55,677 nucleotides of DNA from a virus (IMGVR_UViG_3300046786_000284:1-55677), one strand, 5' to 3'. Numbered from the stretch's first letter, positions 35,728-45,860 are shown. The notes: generated by a model from the letters alone, not told the origin. Translations and numbers: made by a program.

Positions 35728-37005
35728 ATGAGCACAATTAACACAAACGGATTAAACGTAAACTATCCTGTACCCGGCGTCAATAATAACAGCCAAGGGT
35801 TCAGAGACAATTTTGCCACTATAAAAACTAACCTAGACGTTGCTGGTAATGAAATTACAGACTTACAGACAAACGTTGTATTGAAGTCTGCGTTACAAAA
35901 TTCAGTATTGAATAACGACATGGCTAATACATTAATTAGCAATGCATCTATTAGAGGATTTAGACACACTACTTATAATTTGGGTAATTCTTTATCAGGT
36001 ACCGTATTAGTAGATGTATCATTGGGTGATGTACAAATTGGTACAGTTACTGGTAATGTAGCATTTACATTTGGTAGCTGGGCACCTACAGGAACTCAAA
36101 GTAACGTAGAGCTACAATTAACAGTGAGTAACTCAAGCGCAGTTATTTCTTTCCCTGAACAAGTAGTACAGACTAATGATAATTATGGTACTACCTTATT
36201 AGAAAACTACGCCAACATAGCTAATGTACCAACTGTTACAGTACCGTACGGTGTTACTCAATTAGATTATATACTAAGTTCAACTGATTGCGGTGACACT
36301 ATTACTGTTACCCCGTACAACAGACCGTTTCAAACTACACAGATTGTACAACGTTTAGTTCCTCCTACTGGATTCCAAGGTGACGCTGTTGGTGCAATCG
36401 CAGTAGGGAATACATATAATCAATTGACTATTTCTAGTACTAATAGTGCAGATTATTTGACAACAGCAAACACATCACAGTTATACACAGACTTGCCGAT
36501 AGTGTTCACCGGTGTAACTATGGAAGCTAACATTACAATTGGCACAACCTATTATGTACGAAATGTAGTCTCTAGCACAACATTTACTGTTGCAACTTCT
36601 ATTGGTGGTGCTAATGTAAACTTAGCAGGTAATAGTAGTCCAACAAGTTCAATGTATGGTAATCCAGTAAGTTACTCATACGTATGTACTGATACATATG
36701 ACGCTACTACATATACTAGAAACGTATTGTCAACTACTGTAACTACAAACGTTGTTACGTTAAACAACACTACTAGTTTGGTAGTTAATGCGCCTATTAT
36801 CTTTACTGCTAATATAGGTGGTTTAGTTGCGGACACTATCTATTACATCAAATCAATTGCTAGTCCAAATATTACAGTTAGTCAATCTAGAACAAATGGA
36901 GTAGCCGATACAGTGGTTACATTATCTAGTGATACGACTGCAACAACTGCTACTATCTATGTAGGCAGTGACATTTGGAAAAGAATCGCTCTCTCAGCTT
37001 GGTAA
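35728..37005 (+). CDS. Putative virion structural (baseplate/fibre-associated) protein
   Basis: YPVPGVNNNSQGFRDNF N-terminus, two TxYY[VI] modules, WKRIALSAW C-terminus; ACTAAATA at 35699-35706. Confidence 0.65.
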   Translation: MSTINTNGLNVNYPVPGVNNNSQGFRDNFATIKTNLDVAGNEITDLQTNVVLKSALQNSVLNNDMANTLISNASIRGFRHTTYNLGNSLSGTVLVDVSLGDVQIGTVTGNVAFTFGSWAPTGTQSNVELQLTVSNSSAVISFPEQVVQTNDNYGTTLLENYANIANVPTVTVPYGVTQLDYILSSTDCGDTITVTPYNRPFQTTQIVQRLVPPTGFQGDAVGAIAVGNTYNQLTISSTNSADYLTTANTSQLYTDLPIVFTGVTMEANITIGTTYYVRNVVSSTTFTVATSIGGANVNLAGNSSPTSSMYGNPVSYSYVCTDTYDATTYTRNVLSTTVTTNVVTLNNTTSLVVNAPIIFTANIGGLVADTIYYIKSIASPNITVSQSRTNGVADTVVTLSSDTTATTATIYVGSDIWKRIALSAW

Positions 37006-37017
37006 TAAATAAAAAGG

Positions 37018-37245
37018 ATGACACATCCTTTTATAAACGACCTATCTGACAAGTCTTTAGAGGACTTACAAGAGACCATTTCTGGTCTAAACAAAAAACT
37101 TACCTTTGCTTATCGCATGGGTAACCAACCATTAATCCACCAATTACATATGGCATTAGACAGCTATAGGGTAGAGTACAGTAAAAAGATGGATGATCTA
37201 ATGAAGAAACAAACTTCACAAATTAACATTCAAAAGAGCGATTAA
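37018..37245 (+). CDS. Hypothetical protein
   Basis: 75-aa helical ORF after AATAAATA. Confidence 0.65.
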   Translation: MTHPFINDLSDKSLEDLQETISGLNKKLTFAYRMGNQPLIHQLHMALDSYRVEYSKKMDDLMKKQTSQINIQKSD

Positions 37246-37246
37246 T

Positions 37247-37840
37247 ATGAACACTAGAATAGAACGAGATTTTGATTTTCAAGCCGCAGTATACTTTGAA
37301 GATAGATTCATAATGAATACGTATTCTATATCATTGGGCATGATGGTAGCTACAGATTCTATAAGAGAACAAAATGTAGCAATGGATAGAATGACTTATT
37401 TTCTAACCGAATGTTTAGAAAGCTGTGTTTTCATCAAATCAACTGAAAAGAAAATTATTGAAAAGTATGTGGCAGCGGGTTTAAAGGTATCTACCTTACC
37501 TGAAGAACCATACGACCAAATCATCACAATGCTAACACTAATAAAATTAAACGCAATCACTGAAAAGCGTTTGAATATAACAGATATAAGACTTACATCT
37601 AAATTGAGTGATGGTGTTAGTTTCTGCTATGACGATGAAGATGTTTATGGTCCTTTTGAAGAATTGGGCTGGTGGCACGAGTCAGGTACATCAATCTCAG
37701 ACTTACATAAAGTCCAAAACAAAAAAGACAAAATTGTTAAATTGGTTAACAATACACACGATTGGAATGAATGTTCTCTTATGTGGAAAGAAAAGAACAC
37801 TAAATCATCCGAAATCGTCTTTATGACTGATGAAAAGTGA
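37247..37840 (+). CDS. Hypothetical protein
   Basis: 197-aa ORF, tightly packed. Confidence 0.7.
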   Translation: MNTRIERDFDFQAAVYFEDRFIMNTYSISLGMMVATDSIREQNVAMDRMTYFLTECLESCVFIKSTEKKIIEKYVAAGLKVSTLPEEPYDQIITMLTLIKLNAITEKRLNITDIRLTSKLSDGVSFCYDDEDVYGPFEELGWWHESGTSISDLHKVQNKKDKIVKLVNNTHDWNECSLMWKEKNTKSSEIVFMTDEK

Positions 37841-37849
37841 CCATATAGG

Positions 37850-37878
37850 TTGCATCTATTATCTAGATATGTTATCAT
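37850..37878 (+). promoter_or_regulatory. sigma70-type promoter, apparently leaderless
   Basis: TTGCAT-N17-TATCAT with TG extension; ATG 6 nt downstream, no SD. Confidence 0.6.
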
Positions 37879-37884
37879 CTCTAC

Positions 37885-38391
37885 ATGAGAACTGATATCT
37901 ATGGTCAACTTATTCTAACAGAGCATGATCTTTGCCACATCTTTTTACAAGACCCTACTAGAACAGTAAAGAATGCTTTTGTAGAAGAACACATTGAATT
38001 TAGTGGGTTCCTATCGGTAGAGAACATACCCAATCTCAAATTATATGATGAGGTAGGGTTATCTGTTACTGAATTTGACGAACAGTGCCAATCTAAATGG
38101 CACATGCCCAATGAATATCTTGAAATGGATATTGCTAAATGGATATTAGAACAATGCAAGTCTGAAGCAGAACTTCAACGTGCGGGTGAAGAACTATTAT
38201 TGTTTCAAGACAGAGACTTGTTCATTCTCTTAAAATATTTAAAATATCTAGTAGACACCATGCGTAAGAACAATATAGTATGGGGAGTTGGTCGAGGATC
38301 TAGTGTGGCTAGCTTTGTATTGTTTTTGATAGGGGTGCATAGAATAAATAGTTTGTATTACGACTTGTCCATTGACGAGTTTTTAAAATAA
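37885..38391 (+). CDS. DNA polymerase III alpha (DnaE)-like fragment
   Basis: YLVDTMRKNNIVWGVGRGSSVASFVLFLIGVHRINSLYYDLSIDEFL corresponds to DnaE GPGRGSAAGSLVAYxLGITxxDP...LLFERFL. Confidence 0.8.
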   Translation: MRTDIYGQLILTEHDLCHIFLQDPTRTVKNAFVEEHIEFSGFLSVENIPNLKLYDEVGLSVTEFDEQCQSKWHMPNEYLEMDIAKWILEQCKSEAELQRAGEELLLFQDRDLFILLKYLKYLVDTMRKNNIVWGVGRGSSVASFVLFLIGVHRINSLYYDLSIDEFLK

Positions 38392-38401
38392 GGAAAAAAT
38401 C

Positions 38402-38785
38402 ATGGCTACATTCAGAACAGCATTAGGTAAAACAGTCGATATGGCTGCGTTGCAAACTCGCAACGAGAGAGTACGAGCAGTAGGAAACATGGGAGTTAAC
38501 GCCCGAGGTGACACAATTGATGCATTTGGTAATATTGTAAAACCAATGACTGAAAAGGTTAACGAGAAATATTCAAAGACTGTGGGTAATCGTTCAGCAC
38601 AACCTCGTAAACCTGCACCACAGGCACAACGTTCTACTCCACCAGCACCCGCTCCTAAAGTAGACTTCAGTGAACTAAACGAAATTGAGCGTGAACTAGA
38701 AGAAAGCGCAGACGATGACATTGAGGTAGAAAAAATCAAGGCTGCGGAAATTAAGGCTTTGGAAACAAAAAAGGCTAAGAAATGA
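38402..38785 (+). CDS. Hypothetical protein
   Basis: AAGGA SD; RAVGNMGVNARGD motif; charged tail. Confidence 0.7.
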   Translation: MATFRTALGKTVDMAALQTRNERVRAVGNMGVNARGDTIDAFGNIVKPMTEKVNEKYSKTVGNRSAQPRKPAPQAQRSTPPAPAPKVDFSELNEIERELEESADDDIEVEKIKAAEIKALETKKAKK

Positions 38786-39159
38786 GCGAGTATAGTAAAC
38801 CAGCATTCAGTCCTACTAAAGTAGATAGTTTGAAATTCTTTCGAGACCATGTTATTGTATCTGAAATGAGTTTTGAAGATCGCATCACTAGTGGCGGTAT
38901 CATCTTAATGAATGATGATAAAAAGTCTGCTGGTATTCGACCACGATGGGCAAAGATTTATGGTCTAGGTCCAGATCAAGATGACCCTCAATATGAGATT
39001 GGTAAGTGGATTCTTATCAGTCATGGTCGTTGGACTCGTGGCATCACAGTTGAAACTCCTTTGGGTAAACAGACGTTGCGTAAAGTTGATCCTAAAGATA
39101 TACTACTAATATCAGATCAGCCGATGGTTGATGAAACAATGAGTACACAGGTATATTAA
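38782..39159 (+). CDS. groES: GroES-like co-chaperonin (cpn10/gp31-type)
   Basis: DHVIV, mobile loop RITSGGIIL, IYGLGP, terminal DILLI. Confidence 0.75.
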   Translation: MSEYSKPAFSPTKVDSLKFFRDHVIVSEMSFEDRITSGGIILMNDDKKSAGIRPRWAKIYGLGPDQDDPQYEIGKWILISHGRWTRGITVETPLGKQTLRKVDPKDILLISDQPMVDETMSTQVY

Positions 39160-39160
39160 T

Positions 39161-39484
39161 ATGAAATGGTTTTATAAATGGTTAGGTAATAAGATATCCT
39201 TTGCTAACAGCAACCAAGATATGATGGAAACTGAACCTGCAGGGGTCAATTTAATCGGAAGACCTAAGGCTCGCAGAATGGGAACTGTCAGAGAAAGCGA
39301 TGATTTGTCTACAGAACCTATTACGTTCAAAATGTTCAAAGCTAGCGGCGGCTGGGCAATTGAATTTAGACAATATGATAACAAAAATGATAGAGTAGAT
39401 ACTTCACTTTATGTTGTCAGCAACGAAGAAGAACTAGGCAAGCACATTTCACAAATCATTACTATGGAAGCACTAAAACGATGA
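39161..39484 (+). CDS. Hypothetical protein
   Basis: 107-aa ORF, coupled to its neighbours. Confidence 0.7.
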   Translation: MKWFYKWLGNKISFANSNQDMMETEPAGVNLIGRPKARRMGTVRESDDLSTEPITFKMFKASGGWAIEFRQYDNKNDRVDTSLYVVSNEEELGKHISQIITMEALKR

Positions 39485-40404
39485 AGAATCAACTATGGGT
39501 TGAAAAGTACAGACCAAGCTCTGTGGATGAGTATGTTTTCGTTGATGACCGTCAACGTCAACAAGTTAAACAATGGATTACAGACGAGTCTATTCCGCAC
39601 TTGTTATTGAGCGGTGATCCGGGCACAGGTAAAACAACTCTGGCAAAAGTTCTTATTAAAGAACTAGGTGTAGAAGAATACGATGTGTTAGAAATTAACG
39701 CTAGTCGTGAGAACGGTATTGATTTCTTGCGTGAGAAGATTAACGGGTTTGTGCAGACAATGCCCTTTGGTAAGTTCAAAGTTGTTTTGCTTGACGAAGC
39801 AGACTATCTAACACAGCCCTCACAAGCGGCATTGCGTAATGACATGGAAGCATATCATCAGACAGTTCGCTATATTCTTACTTGTAATTACCAGCATAAG
39901 ATTATCCCTGCACTTAAGAGCAGATGCCATGAATTTCATATCGCTAAAACAGATATGACAGAGTTTACAGCACGTGCGGCGACAGTATTGGTTACTGAGA
40001 ACGTAGAGTTTGATTTGGATACACTTGACAGTTATGTTCGTGCAACATATCCTGACTTGCGTAAATGCTTGAATCAACTACAAGTTAACAGTAACAGTGG
40101 AAAGTTGATAGCACCACAAGCACAAGGTTCTAGCGAACATGAACTATTGTTAACAGCAACATCTTTGTTCAAGAGTGGTAAAATCTTAGAAGGTCGTCAA
40201 CAGTTGATGCAATACATTGCAATGTATCCTACACGTATTGAAGACACCTATCGTTGGATGTACGATAATCTAGACTTATGGGGCAAATCGAATGAACAGC
40301 GTGATGCTAGTATCATTGTGATTCGTAATGGTCTAGCTAACTTGCCACTAGTGGGTATTCCCGAGATTAGTTTGGCAGCAACATTAGTGGAGTTAACATC
40401 ATGA
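39481..40404 (+). CDS. Sliding clamp loader AAA+ subunit (T4 gp44/RFC-small-like)
   Basis: LWVEKYRP, GDPGTGKTT, LEINAS, LLDEADYL, ALKSRC, DLRKCLN. Confidence 0.93.
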   Translation: MKNQLWVEKYRPSSVDEYVFVDDRQRQQVKQWITDESIPHLLLSGDPGTGKTTLAKVLIKELGVEEYDVLEINASRENGIDFLREKINGFVQTMPFGKFKVVLLDEADYLTQPSQAALRNDMEAYHQTVRYILTCNYQHKIIPALKSRCHEFHIAKTDMTEFTARAATVLVTENVEFDLDTLDSYVRATYPDLRKCLNQLQVNSNSGKLIAPQAQGSSEHELLLTATSLFKSGKILEGRQQLMQYIAMYPTRIEDTYRWMYDNLDLWGKSNEQRDASIIVIRNGLANLPLVGIPEISLAATLVELTS

Positions 40405-40664
40405 GATATTTAATGATTACTTTCATGCGTAAGCCTGGTGGCCAGATTGATGAGCAAATGACAGTAGCTAAGAAAATTCGACAGTCTGATATTCAGACTT
40501 GTAATGTAATTCTAGACTATGCTAAAAAGAAAGTTGAAAAGTGCGTTATTGAAGGTAAAGTAGTAGACACTGATTGGGACAAGATGCATACTTATTACAG
40601 TAAGGTATACCCAAACGTAATTGCACAGTTAGAAAAAGAAGCAGCCATTACTGCTAAAACATAA
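40401..40664 (+). CDS. Hypothetical protein
   Basis: 87-aa ORF with an ATGA overlap. Confidence 0.65.
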   Translation: MRYLMITFMRKPGGQIDEQMTVAKKIRQSDIQTCNVILDYAKKKVEKCVIEGKVVDTDWDKMHTYYSKVYPNVIAQLEKEAAITAKT

Positions 40665-40688
40665 AAAAGGGGCATTGCCCCTTTTTTT
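40663..40688. terminator. Bidirectional intrinsic terminator
   Basis: AAAAAAGGGGC-ATT-GCCCCTTTTTTT between convergent genes. Confidence 0.85.
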
Positions 40689-41484
40689 ATGAGTATAGTT
40701 TGAGGACATGCTCAATAATCTTGTGTCGTTGAACATCACGAATGTCGAACTTACAAGACTGTAGTCCAGGAATCACCCCCTTGTCTAGTCTCTTTAATAA
40801 ATCCATTAAGCCATTATCCGCTGTTTTGCGGTCTGTTTGCTCAATGTCCCCTGTAATAACTATCTTACTGCCTACCCCTATTCTAGTCATAATCATTTTT
40901 AATTGACTCGGGGTACAGTTCTGCGCCTCATCTAACACTATCCAGCTATGTTTGAAATTTCGTCCTCGACAAAATGCTAGAGGTGCTATTTCCACTATTT
41001 GTTCATCTAGCATGTGGGTGATTTCCGCGGCTGTATAATGCTCTCTAAGTACATCCAATAATGGTCTAGTCCATGGTTCCATTTTTTGATTAAGGTCACC
41101 AGGTAAGAATCCATGCTTTTCATCGTCTACACCCACTGCAGGTCGAGTCAAGATGATTCTATCACATTGTTGCGACTTCATTGCTTTAATTGCGGCTTGC
41201 ATAGCTAAGTATGTTTTACCCGTACCCGCAGGTCCTGAAACTACAACGATATCAGTGTTGTCATCTAACAATGATAAAATGTATTTTTCTTGATTTAGGG
41301 ATTTGGGGATTAGTTCAACAGGTTTTCTAGCTTTTGTTTTGCTTGGAATTGCTTGATTGAAATCAATGGTTTTAGATTCATGCATGTAGAACGTATTTGA
41401 TTGAGAGTTATGCTTTTTAGTCTGTGTGCTGTGTCGTGTATCCTGATTGGTAGTGCGAAGTGCGCTAGTTTTTCTTTTGCTCAA
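40687..41484 (-). CDS. phoH: PhoH-family ATPase
   Basis: GPAGTGKT, GFLPGDL, RGRNF, LDEAQN, ITGDIEQTD. Probable TTG start at 41484 after AAAGGAG (the track's ATG at 41520 is the alternative). Confidence 0.93.
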   Translation of the reverse strand: MSKRKTSALRTTNQDTRHSTQTKKHNSQSNTFYMHESKTIDFNQAIPSKTKARKPVELIPKSLNQEKYILSLLDDNTDIVVVSGPAGTGKTYLAMQAAIKAMKSQQCDRIILTRPAVGVDDEKHGFLPGDLNQKMEPWTRPLLDVLREHYTAAEITHMLDEQIVEIAPLAFCRGRNFKHSWIVLDEAQNCTPSQLKMIMTRIGVGSKIVITGDIEQTDRKTADNGLMDLLKRLDKGVIPGLQSCKFDIRDVQRHKIIEHVLKLYS

Positions 41485-41651
41485 GTGATTCTCCTTTGTA
41501 GAGCGTGAATGCTGTGACATTCAATGATATTTACAACCGTATTACAGTGTCGTAATAGCAGTGTTTTAACACAAAAATAATTGATAAATATTAGGCTAAG
41601 GTAAGCCGGAAATGATATTAGTCCTAATATTAGATAAAAGATAAATACAAC

Positions 41652-42266
41652 ATGAAGAATAAAACCGCGGACAATTTTTTTGATGACATTGACTTTGTTA
41701 GTGTGATAGATACGATTAAAGGTATCTATACTAGCGATGGGTCAATGAGCACATTATTGGACTTTGAGCGAGTTCTAGACGAAGCTGACCTTTATGCATT
41801 CCGTAATTGGATAAGCGGCGAATTAGTACAAGGTCCTGATGTGAGAAGATACACTGTATCATGTACTTTCATGTGGCCTTATAAGCTTATGCCCGATCCT
41901 AGAGGAGCAAAGCGTTTAGTGGCAATTGGATGTAAAGTTAGATTTGCGAAATCTAAGATTAAAGTTCCAGTTGAAATTGAGAACTATGACGATTATGTAC
42001 CAGGAACAAGATACCCAAAGATGACAGAAAGACCTATTTGGTTTGTGAACATAGTGATTCCTACAGAATTAATGAACGAGATTAAAGATGGATCTATTGA
42101 CTTAGCAGACCAAGACATTGATTTGCAGGAGCTTGATGATGCATATGAGGACGATCTAGATCAAGAAGGTACACAGGACGATAGCGCAGAAGGAGGCGCA
42201 AGTCCCGATTCAGGAATGGGTGCACCGACACCCGCACCAGGACCCGCACAACCACCGGTAGCATAA
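41652..42266 (+). CDS. Conserved hypothetical late protein
   Basis: GATAAATA 4 nt before the ATG; LLDFERVLD, MPDPRGAKRL; acidic tail. Confidence 0.7.
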   Translation: MKNKTADNFFDDIDFVSVIDTIKGIYTSDGSMSTLLDFERVLDEADLYAFRNWISGELVQGPDVRRYTVSCTFMWPYKLMPDPRGAKRLVAIGCKVRFAKSKIKVPVEIENYDDYVPGTRYPKMTERPIWFVNIVIPTELMNEIKDGSIDLADQDIDLQELDDAYEDDLDQEGTQDDSAEGGASPDSGMGAPTPAPGPAQPPVA

Positions 42267-42267
42267 T

Positions 42268-42825
42268 ATGACTAGAAAAATTATTAACGAAGGACTAGAC
42301 TATCAGGACTTAGTTGGTCAAATGAAACCTGTACTAACAGTGGATGAATATGCGGCTAAGATGGGTAAAGATAGCGATATTGTAACACTAGCTTTTATCA
42401 TGAACAGCGAAGCCGCTGGTAATGATATTGTAGATTGGTTTGAGCGTGGATACGATTTTGTATTAGATGCTAGTTTAGGTGAGGGTGAAATCGCCCCCGG
42501 CAAGTATATTGTATTTGTTGAAATGAACCGTAGAACCTCAGTCCCTTCAAGAATTATTGAATTATTAACAGATTTAGAAACACTAACAGATATCCCATTA
42601 AAAGACTGGACCATAGAAGTTGATGAAGAAGAATATGAACCTGACGAAAATATACTAAAACAGGTTGTTGTACTATCACCTCATGAATATCGTGAAGAAG
42701 AAGAAACTGAAGAAGCACAAGAAACAATGAACGAAATGCGTGAAAGAGCAGGAATTCAACCTAAGAACAACTTTAAAGAACAAGACAGCGAGATTAAAGC
42801 ATTTAAGGCAATGGCGGGGCTATAA
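42268..42825 (+). CDS. Hypothetical acidic protein
   Basis: N-terminus MTRKIINE-G; C-terminal MRERAGI/FKAMAGL motifs. Confidence 0.7.
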   Translation: MTRKIINEGLDYQDLVGQMKPVLTVDEYAAKMGKDSDIVTLAFIMNSEAAGNDIVDWFERGYDFVLDASLGEGEIAPGKYIVFVEMNRRTSVPSRIIELLTDLETLTDIPLKDWTIEVDEEEYEPDENILKQVVVLSPHEYREEEETEEAQETMNEMRERAGIQPKNNFKEQDSEIKAFKAMAGL

Positions 42826-42826
42826 T

Positions 42827-43438
42827 ATGAAAAGGTCTTTTATGAATTATGTTCAGGAATCTAACACGAAAATTGGTGGATATCCTGAATCTAACGTTAT
42901 CGAAACCATAAAAAAGAAACCTAAGATATCGGTAGCTCCTAGAGTTTTAGAACCTGAACCTTTACAAATCAATGAGGATATTGAACAATTTCAACCTCAT
43001 GTAGAAGTAGAACAAGTAGAAGAAGTTATAACCCCTGAAGCTATTGAACCTATTACAGAAAACTATCAGTCTACTAATGAAATCTTAGTTGAGACTTTTT
43101 CTCAAATGAAGGATTTTTTGATTGAACAGCAAAATACTCAAGCTGTAATGAGCAAAATGATGCTAGAATTAGTTGAAACTGTGAAAACTCAGAACTTGTT
43201 CATACATCAGAAATTTGACCAATTAGATGAATCAGCAATTGCTACTGCAAGAACATTAAAAGAAACAACTGATAAACTAGAAGCATTAATTGTACGTGAA
43301 ATAGCTATCCCCGCCCCAATTGTAAACGTTTCACTATCTGAGCAAAAAAAGATCATAAAAACGGTAAATAGGGATGCAAATGGGTTAATCAGTCAAATAA
43401 CTGAAGAAATTCAACAAACTGTATCTGAAGATAAATAA
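42827..43438 (+). CDS. Hypothetical coiled-coil protein heading an appendage module
   Basis: Start re-assigned to ATG 42827 (MKRSFMNYVQE-S); C-terminal KKIIKTVNRDANGLISQI. Confidence 0.6.
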   Translation: MKRSFMNYVQESNTKIGGYPESNVIETIKKKPKISVAPRVLEPEPLQINEDIEQFQPHVEVEQVEEVITPEAIEPITENYQSTNEILVETFSQMKDFLIEQQNTQAVMSKMMLELVETVKTQNLFIHQKFDQLDESAIATARTLKETTDKLEALIVREIAIPAPIVNVSLSEQKKIIKTVNRDANGLISQITEEIQQTVSEDK

Positions 43439-43460
43439 ATATATTATAGGATTTTAAATC

Positions 43461-43898
43461 ATGGCATTAGAAATTACAAATAACGGTGAGGCGATATTCT
43501 TAGCAAACATGCTAAAACAGCAAGCCGGTTACAATTATGACGTTAGACTCTTTTCGAACAACATTACCCCTTCACCAACAAGTGTCTCTGGTGACTTTGT
43601 TGAAGTTGACGGCGGTGGATACAGCTTACAAGGTCTAACTGCATCAACATGGGGTATCACAGGTACTAACCCAACAACAGCAAGTTATGGAGCTACGATT
43701 AGCTTTACATTTACTGGTGCACCAACGACTAATAGTGGTTATGTATATGGTTACTATGTAACAGTGCGTAGTGGTACAGATGCAGGTGTAACAGTTTGGG
43801 GTGACAGATTTACTAACGCACCAATTATTATTGCTAACAACGGCGATGAAATCCGTATTACAACAATGACACTTGGTTTGAATAACGCAACTGAATAA
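43461..43898 (+). CDS. Small beta-rich virion protein
   Basis: Late box at 43430-43437 and SD; VRLFSNN, EVDGGGY, VYGYYV. Confidence 0.6.
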   Translation: MALEITNNGEAIFLANMLKQQAGYNYDVRLFSNNITPSPTSVSGDFVEVDGGGYSLQGLTASTWGITGTNPTTASYGATISFTFTGAPTTNSGYVYGYYVTVRSGTDAGVTVWGDRFTNAPIIIANNGDEIRITTMTLGLNNATE

Positions 43899-43904
43899 TA
43901 GAAT

Positions 43905-44519
43905 ATGTCTTATATAATTGCAGACAGAGTTAAACAACAATCCTCTACTACAGGTACGGGTGCTATGACGTTGGGTTCCTCTGTAACAGGCTTTCAAGTA
44001 TTTTCTGCTGTATGTAGCAACGGTGATACATTTCATTACGCTATCGTTCATTTGACATTAGGAAGTTGGGAAACAGGATTAGGTACATATAACACCGGTG
44101 GTACCGTAAGTCGCAGTGTATTGACTAGTAGCAATAGCAACAATTTAGTTGACTTTGCCGCAGGCACTAAAGAAATCTTTATCACTCCGGTTGCTAGTAA
44201 CATTGTATTGAAGAACAACACAGGTGCAATCACACCCGGCGTTGTAAAAACAACTACTATTGATTTTGGTAATACTGCGTCTGGTGGCGGATCATTTAAT
44301 GTAACTGATACTGCCGCAACAACTGCAAGTGTTATTACTATTAGCCCTAGTGCTAGTACAGCTAACGGTGCTTACGGTGGTGATGAACTTGAAATGGACA
44401 ATTTTGAATGTTCTGCGTATTGTGCAACTAATGGTACTATTACTGTGCAAATTATACCTAGACCTAGTCCAGTATGGGGAAAACGAAACTTTAACTACAT
44501 CGTAGGATCAGGAATATAA
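43905..44519 (+). CDS. Putative fibre/appendage protein
   Basis: ADRVKQQSSTTGTG...WETGLGTY...LVDFAAGTKEIF N-terminal domain typical of phage fibre-associated proteins. Confidence 0.6.
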   Translation: MSYIIADRVKQQSSTTGTGAMTLGSSVTGFQVFSAVCSNGDTFHYAIVHLTLGSWETGLGTYNTGGTVSRSVLTSSNSNNLVDFAAGTKEIFITPVASNIVLKNNTGAITPGVVKTTTIDFGNTASGGGSFNVTDTAATTASVITISPSASTANGAYGGDELEMDNFECSAYCATNGTITVQIIPRPSPVWGKRNFNYIVGSGI

Positions 44520-44520
44520 A

Positions 44521-45189
44521 ATGGCAGTAATTCAATCAGCAACCACTACTGACATTCTAACAGTAGACCCGACAATGAAGTCATTCCGTACTAGCATGAA
44601 GCCGGATGAACTCACTGGCGACTTTCAAGTTAGTGCAATAACAGGCGCAATGACAGTTATTGCGGCTGCAGGCCCAGTATTTTCATTTAGATATGCACCG
44701 GGATTTGGACAATTATGTGTTGTAAAACGTATTTCTATTACAGCAACTGTTACAGCTGGATTTACAGCTGGACAACAACTAGGCTATGGTGTATTTGTCG
44801 CAAGAAACTTTTTAGCAAGTGATTCAGGTGGTACTGCATTAGCACCATTCACTGGTAGCAATCAAAAGATTCGCACTGCATTAAATTCATCAGGTGTTAC
44901 AGACTGTCGTATTTCAACTACCGGTGTACTCACCGCAGGTACTAGAACACTAGATACTCAACCATTAGGTCTGACATATGCATATGCGGCTACTACGACT
45001 GCCGGCACTATAATTAACAACGTACAGCTAATATCATATAACTTTAACGATTATCCGTTAGTTCTTCAGAACAACGAAGGTTTTGTTATAGCGAACCAAG
45101 TACTACAAGGTGCTGGCGGCACAGTTGGTTTAGTAGTTAACGTTGAGTGGTTCGAAACTGATGCATATAAAGCTTCAGTTAATAATTAA
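44521..45189 (+). CDS. Putative virion protein, paralog A
   Basis: Clearly paralogous to 45207..45860 (LTVDP, KPDELTG, FSFRYAPG, LTAGTRTLD, YPLVL, VNVEWFE). Confidence 0.65.
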   Translation: MAVIQSATTTDILTVDPTMKSFRTSMKPDELTGDFQVSAITGAMTVIAAAGPVFSFRYAPGFGQLCVVKRISITATVTAGFTAGQQLGYGVFVARNFLASDSGGTALAPFTGSNQKIRTALNSSGVTDCRISTTGVLTAGTRTLDTQPLGLTYAYAATTTAGTIINNVQLISYNFNDYPLVLQNNEGFVIANQVLQGAGGTVGLVVNVEWFETDAYKASVNN

Positions 45190-45206
45190 TTTTAAGGAAA
45201 AATAAA

Positions 45207-45860
45207 ATGGCATTAATTCAATCAGGCGCAGATTCAACACTACTAACAGTTGATCCGTCATTCAAGGCAGCACGTGTAGTTATCAAGCCAGATGAACTAA
45301 CAGGTGCTTATCAGTTATCTATGGCTTCAGGTGCATTGACTACCGTTGCCGCATCTACTGCTTCAGCAGGTACAGTGTTTTCATTCAGATATGCACCAGG
45401 CACGTCAAGCGTATGTGTGGTAAAACGTGTATCTGTTGGTTGGGTACAGACTACTGCATTCGGCGCCGCCCAACAAATGGGTCTTGGTTTGTATGTAGCA
45501 CGAAGTTTCTCTGGCGCTGATTCAGGTGGTACAGCGGCTACTTTAACAGGCAACAACCAAAAATATCGTACAAGTTTAGCAACAACTAGTGTAAGTAACA
45601 TCAACATGGCTACGACTGGTGCACTAACTGCCGGTACTAGAACGCTTGACGCTCAACCATTAGGATCAACATATTTTTGGGTTGGTGCAGTCGGTACTTC
45701 ATTGGTGCAAACAGACTTGTTGAGCTATGACCCAACTGACTATCCGTTAGTGTTGGCCAACCAAGAAGGCTTTACTATTCAGAACCAAATTTTGATGGGC
45801 GCCACTGGCGTAGGCACACTTATTGTCAACGTTGAATGGTTCGAAGCTACTAGTTATTAA
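45207..45860 (+). CDS. Putative virion protein, paralog B
   Basis: Paralog of the upstream gene; AAGGA SD. Confidence 0.65.
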   Translation: MALIQSGADSTLLTVDPSFKAARVVIKPDELTGAYQLSMASGALTTVAASTASAGTVFSFRYAPGTSSVCVVKRVSVGWVQTTAFGAAQQMGLGLYVARSFSGADSGGTAATLTGNNQKYRTSLATTSVSNINMATTGALTAGTRTLDAQPLGSTYFWVGAVGTSLVQTDLLSYDPTDYPLVLANQEGFTIQNQILMGATGVGTLIVNVEWFEATSY

